Source: Carcharhinus amblyrhynchos
Lineage: Eukaryota
Length of the DNA: 64,000 bases
Assembly (NCBI GenBank): GCA_965287045.1
Contig: OZ336878.1
Coordinates: 96,782,001-96,846,000 of the forward strand
Direction: 5' to 3'
In this document: positions 23,930 to 35,654 of the stretch, piece after piece
How the letters are laid out: each line of letters opens with the position of its first letter
Numbering within the stretch: the first letter of the stretch is position 1
Position numbers and translations under genes: made by a program
Notes under the pieces: generated by a model
The model's database searches: none
What the model saw: the letters and a program-made list of their open reading frames with translations, nothing else
What the model was told of the DNA's origin: nothing

Positions 23930-26870
23930 ACGATCAGTCAGCAGGGCTAAGTGCATGTCTGTGAGATGCGGGAGATGCCCGAGGCTTCACGTGTTTCGGA
24001 CAACTACATTTGCAGTAAGTGCACCCAGTTGGAGCTCCTCAGAATCCGCACCAATCGGTTAGAGCAGGAGTCGGATGCAATTAGGAAAATACATTCGGCG
24101 AAGAGCCTCATACACAGGAGGTTTAGGGAATCGGCCACGCCTAACGTGGAGCAGATACATGGCTGTCCGCGAGAAAGGACAGGCAGTCAGCGCAGGAATC
24201 CTCTATGATTATCATCCTATCTATCGTTTCTGGTATTGTTGCAGAGGATGGTCTCTCAGGGGAAAATAGCAGCAGCCAAGGCAATGCTATCACGACTGAC
24301 TGTATTGCTCCGCAGGGAGGGTCAAGGCGTAGTAGAACAGTGGGTATGGAGCCAATATAGTCAGGGGCGGACACAGGTATTTATTGGCTGGGAAACTAAT
24401 TCCAGGATCGTACCTTGCCTCACCTTGCAAAGGGAAATGATGGCTTTGAACGGGCATGGAACATTTTGAAAGGCGAGGGCGAACAATCTGAAGTCGGGGT
24501 CCATATGCGTGCATACAACCTAAGCAGCAGGAATGCCGAGGGCCTGCAAGGAGAGTTCAGGTTGTTAGGTGGCAAATTAAGAAAAACTACCACTAGGGTT
24601 GAAATCTCAGGATTACTTCCTGTGGCACGTGACATTGAGCCTCGTAACAGGAAAATAATGCAACTAAACAGTGTTGTCGTGTTGGTATAGGAATGAGGGG
24701 TTCAAATGTCTTGATTATTGGGATTTCTACCGGGGCGCTTGGGACCTGTAAAAGAAGAACTCATCACACCGAAACTGAAGGAGCACAATTATCCTTGCCT
24801 GCAGTCACTTGGGAGGTTTTACATCAACATGGCAGGGGGTAGGAACTAGCGCAGTAGATTACTAGGAGAATTAGTGGAAGGGCAGCTCCAGAATAAGGCC
24901 TGTAATATTAAGAGGAAACACAGGCGAGGTGTAGCTGATGAACACAGCGGGGCTGGTCGTCCGAAATACGTTTGTTTCAACATGAGGAATCTAAAAGGTA
25001 AGATAAATGAATTTAGAGATTGAACTAATAATTTGGTCTACGATTTTGCTGCTAAATCAAGATTGGCTTCGAGACTTGGTTGGGAGATGAACAGATTGGA
25101 AGCCAGTCATTCCAGAATTTAGATGTTTCAGGCAAGAAACAGGGGGATATTAAAAGGGGTGTGTGAATTGCATTACTGGTTCAGAAGATTATCACAGCTG
25201 TGCAGAGGCAGTACACTATGCAGAGTTCAGGCAGCGAGGCAGTATGTGTGGATCTCAGGAATAGGAAGTGTGCATTCATAATGCTGGCGCATATCACAGA
25301 CCGTCCAACAGTTAGCCAGAGAATGGGATGCCGATATGCAACCAGATTTTGGAACATCTACAAACGAGAGGGTTGTTGCGATGGGTGATTTTAAATTTCC
25401 CTATATTGGCTGGGCCTCACTGACTACTGGGAAGTGGTTAGTTCAGAATATGTAAGGAGCATTCAAGAGGGTTTATTACAATAACTAGTAAATAGCCCAA
25501 CTTGGGAATGAGCCACATTTGCATTGGTATTGGGAAATTAGCCCGACCAGATGATCAAACATTCAGCAGGAGAGGATCGTGGGAGCAGTGAACAAAATTC
25601 TGTAGGTTTTTAGAGCTTGTGGAAAGAGACGAGAGTGATCCTTGAGATAAAGGTGTTAAATTAGGGAAGAGTGACAACAACAACATTAGGCAGAATCTGA
25701 AGAGTTTGCATTGGGGGAAGCTGTTTGAGGGTGAGGCAACATCCAACATGTGGAAGTTTTAGAAATGTCAATTGATCAGAAGTGAGTTCTGGTATGTACC
25801 TGCGAGGATAAAGAATAAGTGTAGCAAATATTGGGAACAGTGGATAACTAGGGATATCATAAGCCTTTTTTTCAAAAAAGAGAGATGGAGCACTCATAAG
25901 GTCTGAAACACTTACAACAAACGGAGCCCTTGAAGAATATTGCAAAGTAGGAAGGTACTTAAGGAAGGAGGTAGGGGCTAAAATGGGTCATGAAACATCC
26001 TTGGCAAACACGATTAAATGAAATCCTAAGGTATGTATATGCATGTAAAGAACATCAGTGTAACCAGGGAAGTGGTTGTATAGTGGTGAGAATGTATGCA
26101 TGGAACCAAATGAGACACTACGTGAATATTTTGCCTCAGTATTCCCCAATGGGAAGGACTTGGTGGGTGAGAAACTCAGAGCAGGGTGTGCAGACATTCT
26201 GATCATGTCGATATTGAAAAGGAGGAGTTCTTTGGCGTATAAAATAGTATTACAATAAATACTCATGACCTGATGGAACTCCCAGCCACCTGCCGAACGG
26301 ACAGCCTGTTCCGAAAGCTTGTGGCGATTGCTACAAATAAACTTGTTGGAATTTAAGCTGGTGTTGTTTCTGATGGCTGTACCCAGAATACTGAGGGAGG
26401 CAGGGAAAAAATGTTGGGTCCTGACAGATATCTTTGTGTCCACATTGGCTACAGGTTATGCTCCAGGAGATTTCAAAATAATCGCTGTTGCTCCTTTGTT
26501 AAATATATTCAGCAGAAATAATCCAGTACATTTTGGGCCGCCAAACTTTATGTCTCTGGTAGGCTAATTATTGAAAACCTTTCCTTATGGATAGTTGTTA
26601 CTCAAATTTGGAAATAAACAGACTTTTTAGTGATAGGCAGGATGGTTTTCTGAAAAGGAGTTTGTGCCTCACAAACTTGATCAACGTTATCGAGGAAGAT
26701 GATAGGTGAGGGAAAGAATGTTGTATTCATGGAATTCATTAAAACCTTTGACGAGGTGCCTCATTTCATACTGTACAAAAGGTGAAGTCAGGTGGGATCA
26801 CAAGAGAGCTGGCAAGATTGATACATAACTGATTAGAGCATAAAACACAAATAATGTAGGAAATGTCATC
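23930..26870 (+). mobile_element. CR1 LINE, near 5'-complete and degenerate (ORF1 zinc finger/zipper and esterase; ORF2 endonuclease and start of RT)
   Basis: CEMRE...YICSKCTQLELLRIRTNRLEQE; EVGVHM...LGGKLRKTTTRVEISGLLPV; SEAVCVDLRNRK; MGDFKFPYIGW; RT start near 26450-26860; many stops and frameshifts. Confidence 0.85.
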
Positions 26871-27705
26871 TATACCTATTGAAGGGAAGATTATAGGATA
26901 GGATGAGAGGAAACAATACCCTTGGTCTAGGTGCCTGCAATACAATTTATATTCAAAGATGCCTGTATAACAATTTACATTAGTAGGGGTAAAGAGTATG
27001 TAATGAATATGCATGAATTTACTGTTATATGTTCACAAAGGGCATGTATGAAATCGCCACCACGTTATCAGGAGCTCAGGATAGTAAAACGACACAAGAT
27101 GGGTGCTAGCTTTCAGCCACACTCCTGAGCACCACTAGCTGGCTTGAGCGCAAGCTTATGCACAACAGACCACAGATTCTTGTGACTGGTACTAGTCTAT
27201 GATCTGAGGTCTCGGATGGAAACCAGACATGGAGGATTTGGGAGTGCAGTCTTGGGGGATGATAAGGAGGACAACTGGACAAAGAGTATTGCACACTCAA
27301 GGACTCCAAATGGGAGAAATATTGACGAGGTACCATGAATGGTGAACATGAGACCACGAGCGGATCATGCGCAATCCCACCTTTCATAAAGCCTCTTATT
27401 TATTGAATACGTGACTACTGTATGCCATCTGTAATCAATATTATTGGACAAGGTCCAGCCGTGAATAGCTGTAGATGTTTGAAAAATGTATAAGAATGGG
27501 CGTTTTCTTTTTCTTTGTTCACCAGAGAGAGGCACTGGGTTTAATAGAAGCCCTTTCCCCGCCCGTGAAATTAAACAGTTCGATGCCTGGACCCAACCCT
27601 GGGCTGTGAGTGTTTTATTTCAGAGTCTTTCCGGCTAACAGTTTGATCCCCGCTTTCGATAATGGGCTGACCCCACCAGCTCCTGAAACAGAGGTTTTAT
27701 GGAAT

Positions 27706-28111
27706 ATAGGTTGAGGGAGCTGGGACTCTTCTCCCTGGAAAGACGAAGATTGAGAGGCGATCTGATAGAGGTTTATAAAATGTTGAGAGGAATAGATAGG
27801 GTGGATTCTCAAAGGCTATTTCCCCGGGTTGAAATGGTCGCTACGAGAGAACACAGATTTAAGGCGCGGGCAGGCAAGTACAGAAGTGATGTCAGGGGTA
27901 AGTTTTTCACTCAAAGGGTGGTGAGTGAATGGAATCGGCTGCCGTCAGTGGTGGTGGAGGCGAACTCGCTGGGGTCTTTTAAATACTTCTGGATGAGTAT
28001 ATGGGATTTAGTGGGATTGGGAGTTATAGATATGGATTGGTAGGTGTTGATGTGATCGGCGCAACTCGTGGGCCGAAGGGCCTGTTTGTGCTGTAGTGTT
28101 CTATGTTCTAT
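27706..28111 (+). mobile_element. Young 5'-truncated CR1 3' end inserted in the ERV 3' region
   Basis: Open frame RLRELGLFSLERRRLRGDLIEVYKMLRG...KFFTQRVVSEWNRLP; 3' end gggccgaagggcctg...gttctatgttctat. Confidence 0.92.
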
Positions 28112-28187
28112 ATTAAAAAACTTTGGATGGCCCAGTATTCCCTGCCTCATTGTATTTCATTTACATAATTTCAGGAATAATGGTTGG

Positions 28188-30620
28188 TTATATCAAATTG
28201 AACTGGTCCGAATTGCCCTTCCTACCATGTTGTGTCTTGTCCCTCAAGGTTTTAGCAGCGGCCCTCATCCTTTTGTGTTGCCGATATTTGTTGCACGACC
28301 GGCAAGCGGTAGTGCCCCATGCAAAGGCTAGAAGTAGTTGCAGGCCTCCAATTATGTGTGTAATGGTTCAAATCCAAGAATGAGTATTAACATTCAGCCC
28401 CGAATCCCACACTCTCTGCCACCAGCTTTCTTCCAGCTATAATATTTCGGTATATTTTTCCAAAGTCTGAATTTTTGCATGTAGCTGGCGATATAGCTTT
28501 ACTGAGTGTCCGACTAAATCTTAGATCTCACCGAGTTTCTGCTAGGTTTGCGATAGGGACCAGTTCTGGTGTCTGTCCGGAGGGTGTCTGTCATTTTGAT
28601 AGCCTGTATGGTTTGGCGCCTAACTTGAATGATCCTAGCTTGGCCTATAGTGACATGCAGAAGTGATGTGAAACAAAAATTGGGTTTGGGGGTCATGCAT
28701 AACAGACCATTACAACGATAAGAGGTCATGGTGGTAGAGACACAGTATTTGCACTTGTCCACGTATGCTATGTGGGCAAAGTGCCCAGAGTGTGGCTCGA
28801 TCTCCAGGACGCATCCCTCAGTAAGGTTGAAGCCACATTCGACATTGTCTCCCTGTCTCACAGGGTGGAGGCGCACGGTAATAGGACTAATAGGTTCAGG
28901 AGTAGAGGGCACAGCCTCAAGATAAGCGGGGTGGGTGGAGGGGAGGGGGGCGGCAGTTTAAAACAGAGTTGAGGAGGAACTTCTTCACTCAGAGGGTGGC
29001 GAATCTCTGGAATTCCCTGCCCGTTGAAGGGGTTGAGGCTTCCTCGCTAAATATATTTAAGATGCGGGTAGATAGGATTTTGGTAGCCAAGGGGATTAAG
29101 GGTTATGAGGAGAAGGCGGGAAAGTGGAACTGAGCCACTTCAGATCAGCCATGATCTTATTGAATGGTGGGGCAGGCTCGAAGGGCTAGAGGGCCTCCTC
29201 CTACTCCTATTTCATATGTTCTTATGCTCTTATGTTCTTAATGTTACCTCTCTGCTTGCACCCCGCAAGGGAGACTCCATAGAAGGAATTGTTCCAATGT
29301 ATGACTGCTGTCTCGGTCAGGTGATAATGGAGATAGTTATTTCCCGGTACTACTCCGATGTTTTCCAACTGGAACAAGGGAAAAGATCCTGAGCCCGGTG
29401 TAACGTTAGAATTCATCAGGACAATCCCCACCCCCAGTAGTCTCGCTCATCCCACAATCGGGGACTACTGATGGGGCTTTTGAGGGTGCATTTTTCCAGC
29501 ACCCCTGTCTGTCTGGTTATATGTGCCAAGCGGGAGCTGTCAATCCAAATTGGATACCGCCTCTCTTCGGATATGACTGAGATTATGTATCATCTGTCTC
29601 ACCACCCATAAGCCGTATGCATGACAAAGTTGCCCCTGTTATGATCGTGCAGTGTCCTCCCTTCTCTCTGTCTATCTGGTGGTCAATCGTACGAGCATAG
29701 TCCTCCAGCATGTTATTCTATCTAACTGGATATCCATACCTGCCTCCCCCAAAATTGTTTGTGTCTCTTGTGTGTCCTCTGATCGTTTTATGAGATCCCT
29801 CATGACCCGTTTAAGTTCTTCCACTTTCTCATTTCACCCCTGGGTATCCAATGAATTTACCAGGGAGGGTCATGTGTTCACCTCTGTGGGCATGTCACTA
29901 ACTATCCCTCTTTTTCTCCTGTCTCCGAACTCTAGATGTCCCCATGGCGTCGACAGCCTGTCTCAAATACAATTTGACTTAACAAAATATATATGCTTTT
30001 AGATTGTTCTGAACAGTATTCCGTTAATTGAATATTGACGAGAACCGGTCGAATCTCGCATTTTACATTATCATACAACATGTCTCCTTCGTTTAGGAGT
30101 ACAATCCCGTTCTCTGGTCCCTTATAAACCATGGGACATGGCAATATTGCTGGAAAGGGAATCGGAGCGGACGGTGGAGTAATAGGAGGGGAAAAACAAG
30201 CAGACAGGGATAGTGCCACTGCATCCGCCTCCTCATAATATCCGCACACTCCAAGTTTCTTCTTGGGCAGTTGGGATGGGCCGAGCCCAGCTACACATAT
30301 AATTCCAAAAATACATCCGTCCTTTTTTCTGCAGTTCCCTGTGATCCACACAACCAGTGGCCCGATCGGAAGTACGTGATCCTTGTCCGGATAAACTTGT
30401 AACGAAGCATTAAAGTAAGTTTTATCTTTAGTCCAGTCATTTCCTGCCCGAATGCAAATTCCGTCGGTGAAGTTGTACAACGCTCCGTAGCCCATGGGAT
30501 TTCGGCCCACCAAGGTCTGTTGCGTTTGAAGGATCGGTCGACATGATTCAGGGAGAGCGTTTCTGAAGAAACGTCCAGGAGGAGAAGTCCGCAAAGCTGA
30601 AGTACCCATTTGAATTCCAT
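28188..30620 (-). pseudogene. env: Retroviral env pseudogene, class I fusion protein with F-like layout, split by a CR1 insertion
   Basis: Signal peptide MEFKWVLQLCGLLLLDVSS; Cys/N-glycan domain; Pro hinge; RRKR|GIVSD at 29909-29920; heptad NEKVEELKRVMRDLIKRS; Cys-rich region (ORFs 29222-29431 and 28514-28912); KLYRQLHAKIQTLEKYTEIL; WWQRVWD; TM ITHIIGGLQLLLAFAW; basic tail; TAA at 28188-28190. Confidence 0.8.
28883..29238 (+). mobile_element. 5'-truncated CR1 inserted into env, flanked by TAAT
   Basis: RGHSLKI...RRNFFTQRVANLWNSLP; tail tatgttct-tatgctct-tatgttct; TAAT at 28879-28882 and 29239-29242; removal restores env GCKQRGNI|TV. Confidence 0.9.
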
Positions 30621-32799
30621 GACCTATGGGTTTAAAACAAAATGAGCCTGGGGCACCATGAATTAATCAACACTATTAATTTAACTCCTTCCATGCAAGC
30701 TAGCGTCCGGGGTTTAAAAGGAGAGAATTCGATTTAGGTGAGGGAAGCCTTAACATTTCTATCTCTTCAGGTGGCTCTGGAAAGTGGTGACTTGTTTGAG
30801 TCCTCAATATTGCCCATTTAAAAAATAACATGAACGCCATATAAAAGAGAAATGAATACGAATGCCCAATTGCACTGTGCTGCAGAGCGCTAACTCACGC
30901 CTGGTAACATTCAGCTGACAGGCGGTTTCCCTCATCATTGCGTGTTCAGACATTATCCTTTGGATCATAACACTTTAGTTTTCACATCAATACAAGTGTC
31001 ACTTGTCATAATGATGTCTGAGGGCCCGGTTCATTTGGATGCAAATCTCACTTGTTTTGGGACCACTCTTACTAATACTCTGTCCTGTGCTGCTAAGCAA
31101 GTACAGCTGCCTGCATTGCATCACTTTCCTCACAGAAAATGTGAAATAGTTTGGCGATGTCAGGCAATCCCAGAACTGGTGCTGTCACAAAGCCTGATTC
31201 AAATCTGAAAAAAAAAGCCTGTACTTCTGCATCTCCCTCCTCTATGTTGTTCTGACTAGCGTCCCCTCCCTTTATTAAATCCTGTAAGGGCTTTCGCACT
31301 TGGGCGTAATCTTCCAAAAACTTCCTACAATAGCTAAAAAAAATCTTCAATGCTTGTTTTATCCTTTTTTCTGGTGAAAACTCTTTGTACATTTTTTTCG
31401 AATATTATAACCAAAGAACATATTTGGAACAGATATCAAATCTTTTAATCTGATGCCAGACCATATATTGTTTGTTCTTGTCCTAAAGAACATCATTTTA
31501 TTAAGGTAACTTGCTTACAGCAAATTTCCCTATGTCAGAATCTTCCCAAACTAAGAAAACTGTGTTGTGGGCTTTCAACTGTCTATTGATGTTTAGTTTG
31601 CCTCTTCTTTCTGTTAAGGATACTTTGTTTCCTTATCCATAGCCATCACGTAAACTGTATTCTACTTCCTTGAATCCCTTTAAATACCCCTCTTGTATCT
31701 AATGAATCTCACTTTTGATTCTGTTCTCTTCTATTTATTATCAGCTCCTCTCTAATATACCTTATATTATTCCGTTCATTTTATTTTCTCATTTATTCCA
31801 CTGAATTATTTCCTTCATTTATTATTATATTAAGTTGTCAATTTGGTATTATAATTGGGCTCTCTCTATAAGCCCGTCTGGCATCTAATACAGTTTTCAA
31901 CCTTCCCAGATTCAAAATTTACAACAGGCTATGTGTTTCGAACTACTACTTCAGTTTTGTGATTGATTCACTAACGTTGCATAATCATGTAACACATTTT
32001 AATTAGAATCCATTATGGCAGTATAATAATTCCCATCATTAAACACGCACTCCCATTCTACCTGATGTAACTCCCATTTCCGTTAGATTTTTAGTTGTAC
32101 GCCTTAAAATTACTGCAAGTCTTATAACACAAAGATCTATCCTGTCTGGGACAGAGTGGCTTAATTTTCTGCTTATTTCAGCAAGGGCGGAGTAAGTTCA
32201 TTCACATTGACATCATCACTTCAAACATTCTGGAATCATTCTTTCCATTTACCTTTTCTTTGTCAGTCGTATCAAGAATACATTTTCGAATTTAACAAGA
32301 CGCCTGATCCAGGTAATCCAAAATAAAATTTGTCGACACAGGAGTGCTTGGTGATTACTCTGTATCTGCAGTCACGACGTTTGTGCGGAAGGTTTATTTT
32401 TTTCCCCCCTCTTGTAAGCTACCTCACCACCTTTTGCGATCCCACCCGTGCAGACATGTAATTTTTGACCCGTCTAGCTGTATCTTGGGTGGAAATACAT
32501 ATATTTTTGCTGGAATTGATAAAAAGGCGGCAGTTTTGCCCCAGAAAGTACAAAAGTGAACGAAATGGTTTTTTTTTCGATAATTAGTAATGCTTAATTG
32601 TTTCATTGTTGCCATTCGACATTTAATTCCAGATGTTCTATTACGCTTTGAAATCTCCCCCATTTGTCTTGGATTTATCTAGATTTCTCGTTAAACGATA
32701 ATACCACTGTGTCATCATCTCCCTCTATCATGTTTGCTCATTGTGACTTGATGCAGCCCCACTCCGAGACACATTGAACCCATGCCCTTCGATACAATT

Positions 32800-35600
32800 T
32801 TTCATTTACTCCCCATTATGTTCACAGGATATAATTAGTAGAAGATGGAAGGAGAAAATTCATGGTGGTTTCCCGAGCTGTGCCTGTTATCAGACTTTGA
32901 GCAGTACGCCCTCGAGCTGGAGCAGGAAATGCTCATCGGCAGCCAAGCCGGCATCTAATATGCAGGTAAGCATCAGCTGAATCATATTCCTAATGTATTT
33001 TTTGATGCAACTGCGATGTTAAGCAGACTGTTTTCCGAACCTTCGACGAACGTCTCCATTCTTAGAGGAGACAGTTCTGATGCCCCAGGCTCTTTTGGTG
33101 CCGCCGCCCCTCTGCTCTGTCTGCTCAGATTCTCAGGACACCTCAGAGGACAACTTGGAATGAGGGCTTGAGGATCCTCCTACGACAGCACAAATGAATT
33201 GACATAGGCAACAACGACACAAATTACCGACACAGACAACCACGACGGTGGGCCATGTTACAGGTGACGCTTTTGGGTCACTTACTGGTGAGCATCAGTC
33301 GTGAAACGTCTGAGTCAGTGATTTGTCTTCATGGGTGACGAGTGCAGGCCATCCTGAATGCACAACGGATCATGGCAGAGATACAATAGGGCATGACCAA
33401 GGATGTTGCTGGCATTCTGAAGGCACATTGGCCCATGGTCTAGTGTGCCAGAGGGATTTTGGTGACGCAGCTGGCCATGCCTTGGGCTCTTGCAGGGGTT
33501 TTGGAGGCACAGCAGGCTGTGGATGTGGACCTTGGCAACTCTGTCCTCACGGGGCTAATGGAGATTGGCTCTCGAGTTTGGCCCAGTGTCAGACGGCTAG
33601 TGCGTGTGGATGACAGAACATGGTACAGATAAATCTGGACCTCGGTGACTGGCAGAGCCAGGTGACCTCGAGGCTTGTAAATCTCAGCACAACTGCCTTG
33701 GAGTCTTATGGAGTGTACCTGGGTCAACGGGCACCACGAGGGAGGAAGAACGGCTGGAGGTTCTGCTGAAGCCTTCCGTGTTCAGGAGACGCCGGACGAC
33801 CCCTGAACTCTCGAACTTCTCCTTCCTCACATCAGGAAATGCCAGGATAAATAAGGTGACACGGAGGCAAGTCGGCCGGTACCCTTCAGGTCACAGTCCC
33901 CCAATCGACGTCCTCCAAGATCATCACAGAATATGATCATAGTTGGGCGCCTCCGTCTCCGATATGCAACCTGTGTGACCGAGGATTAGCAGTAGGCCAT
34001 GTAATATACGAAGGTTGCATCGTAACTATGAGGGCACATGTGAAGATCAACACTAGACAGGATTAATCTTTTTTAAAAAATATTAAAGCTGTGACTAATA
34101 TTTCTGATTCCTACCGACAGGTCTGAATGTTTCCCGTTTCCATGCGTTGAGGGACAGACCTTTGTAATGTGCGATATCTGCTCCTCGGTTAAAGGTTAGA
34201 GGCCGCCTTCCTGCCTGCATTCCCAAGCATCTACTAAACCCTATGTCAAACAATGTCCCTTTTTATACCTCCTTCACCCCACCAATCACTCGACCCATTA
34301 TCCCACGCATTTGTCATCTAAACCTTTATTCCTAGAGGCCAGTGTGCAGTCGGAGAACTGGTAGGAGTCAGAGATGTACGGTGCCAGGGCGGGATCCCAG
34401 TGTTCCTTACAGCGACTCGTCATCACCATCCAGCCTTAACCATAGACTTGGTAGCACCGCCAGCCCAGGCCCATGACCCTGGTGTGATGTGTCTCAGAAA
34501 CATATGAGGGATGAGTGAGTGAAAGATGGCGGGGAGGGGATGGGTCGTTGTGGCGTGTGGGGTGAAAGAGGACGGTGGAGTGGATGCGTCAGGGTCATTT
34601 TGAGGGTGCACTTAAAGATTGGGGCCTGCAGCTGCAGCGTTTCTAAAAGCGTGGTGGCATGGTGTTGGCACTGGCTGCCGCACTGTACGGCAGCAATTAC
34701 GTGAATCTTGCAAAGAAGACCGCATCCTGTCCTGCCCTGTCCTCCCGTACTTTGTTGTAGCTGCCTGTCCTCTATCCTTCAGATCCTTATACTTCACCCC
34801 CTTCTTATGCTGTAGTTGGAAATGCTCCTCTCCTCTTCCATGTGGCCTGTCGCTGTTGCACAATATTTTGGAGCATGGAACACTCAATGATGATGCGGGA
34901 GGCGCACAAAAAGATATATTACAGTGCAGGCCAGGCGTCAGAAGTGCATCTTAAAGCGTTTTGTGGACAGCTGCAGAATAGGCTGTGTGGCAGCGTGGAC
35001 TCAATGTAGCGGGCCAACACGTTGTTCTCGGTTCTCCTCATTGTGGCCATCATCCATTACGGTGGCGGGAGATCCTTGCACCGCCGCCGCCCCCCACGCC
35101 CCCGCACCCCCCCCCCCGCCCCACCCCAGCCCTCCAGCTATAGCGGCGCCTAGGACTGCTCTTCAATGCACACATCTGCATAATTATTAGTCTGTGGTCA
35201 TAGGTTATCTGGACCTTCAGAGATTGGAAACCATACCAGTTGTAAGCTGCTGTGGCTCACCTTGCTGGACACACAGCGTACTGTGCACCACATCCACAAC
35301 CCATTGTAATTGAGCGTGCCAGAAGTGGCGGAGAGGATTGCAGACCATGCCTTCTGCTGCGCTTGGTTAACATCAAAGTTGATATACCGGCCTGCCTGGA
35401 CGTGCAAGTATTCGAAGATTTGGCGGACACTGCTGCGCACAGATGCTACAGAAGACTCCACAAGTACCTGGAGTGATCCACTCGCGTAAAATTTCAAGGC
35501 CACCGTAACCTTATGTTCCACGGGAAGCTGTTCCTCTCCGATCCCCTGAGATGCCAGGCCTGCAAGGGCTTGCCACATTTGCCTTGCGCAGGCAGAACAC
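32800..35600 (-). mobile_element. PIF/Harbinger DNA transposon remnant (HARBI1-like nuclease on minus; GC-rich partner-gene debris likely on plus)
   Basis: ORF 35198-35578 LPVEHKVTVALKFYASGSLQ...RYINFDVNQAQQ matches the HARBI1-type transposase N-terminal region; outer boundaries are approximate. Confidence 0.7.
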
Positions 35601-35654
35601 TTGGCTTAAGACAAGCCTTAAAACGTCCTTATTATCCTGTGCAGCCTTCATTCC

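Larger units (their letters stand above)
27100..31420 (-). mobile_element. Endogenous retrovirus 3' half (deleted pol - env - PPT - 3' LTR)
   Basis: RT connection FSYCRKFLEDYAQVRKPLQDL...TAPVLGLPDIAKLFHIF (31093-31392); integrase C-terminus DRVLVRVVP..RFASK*TGPSDIIMTSDTC (about 30985-31085); env 28188-30620; PPT-like atgaaaggtgggat then TG at 27373. The far LTR end is unresolved. Confidence 0.8.

Noticed and set aside
35198-35578. Host HARBI1 gene
   Set aside because: Short degenerate fragment lacking intact catalytic motifs, set among transposon debris.
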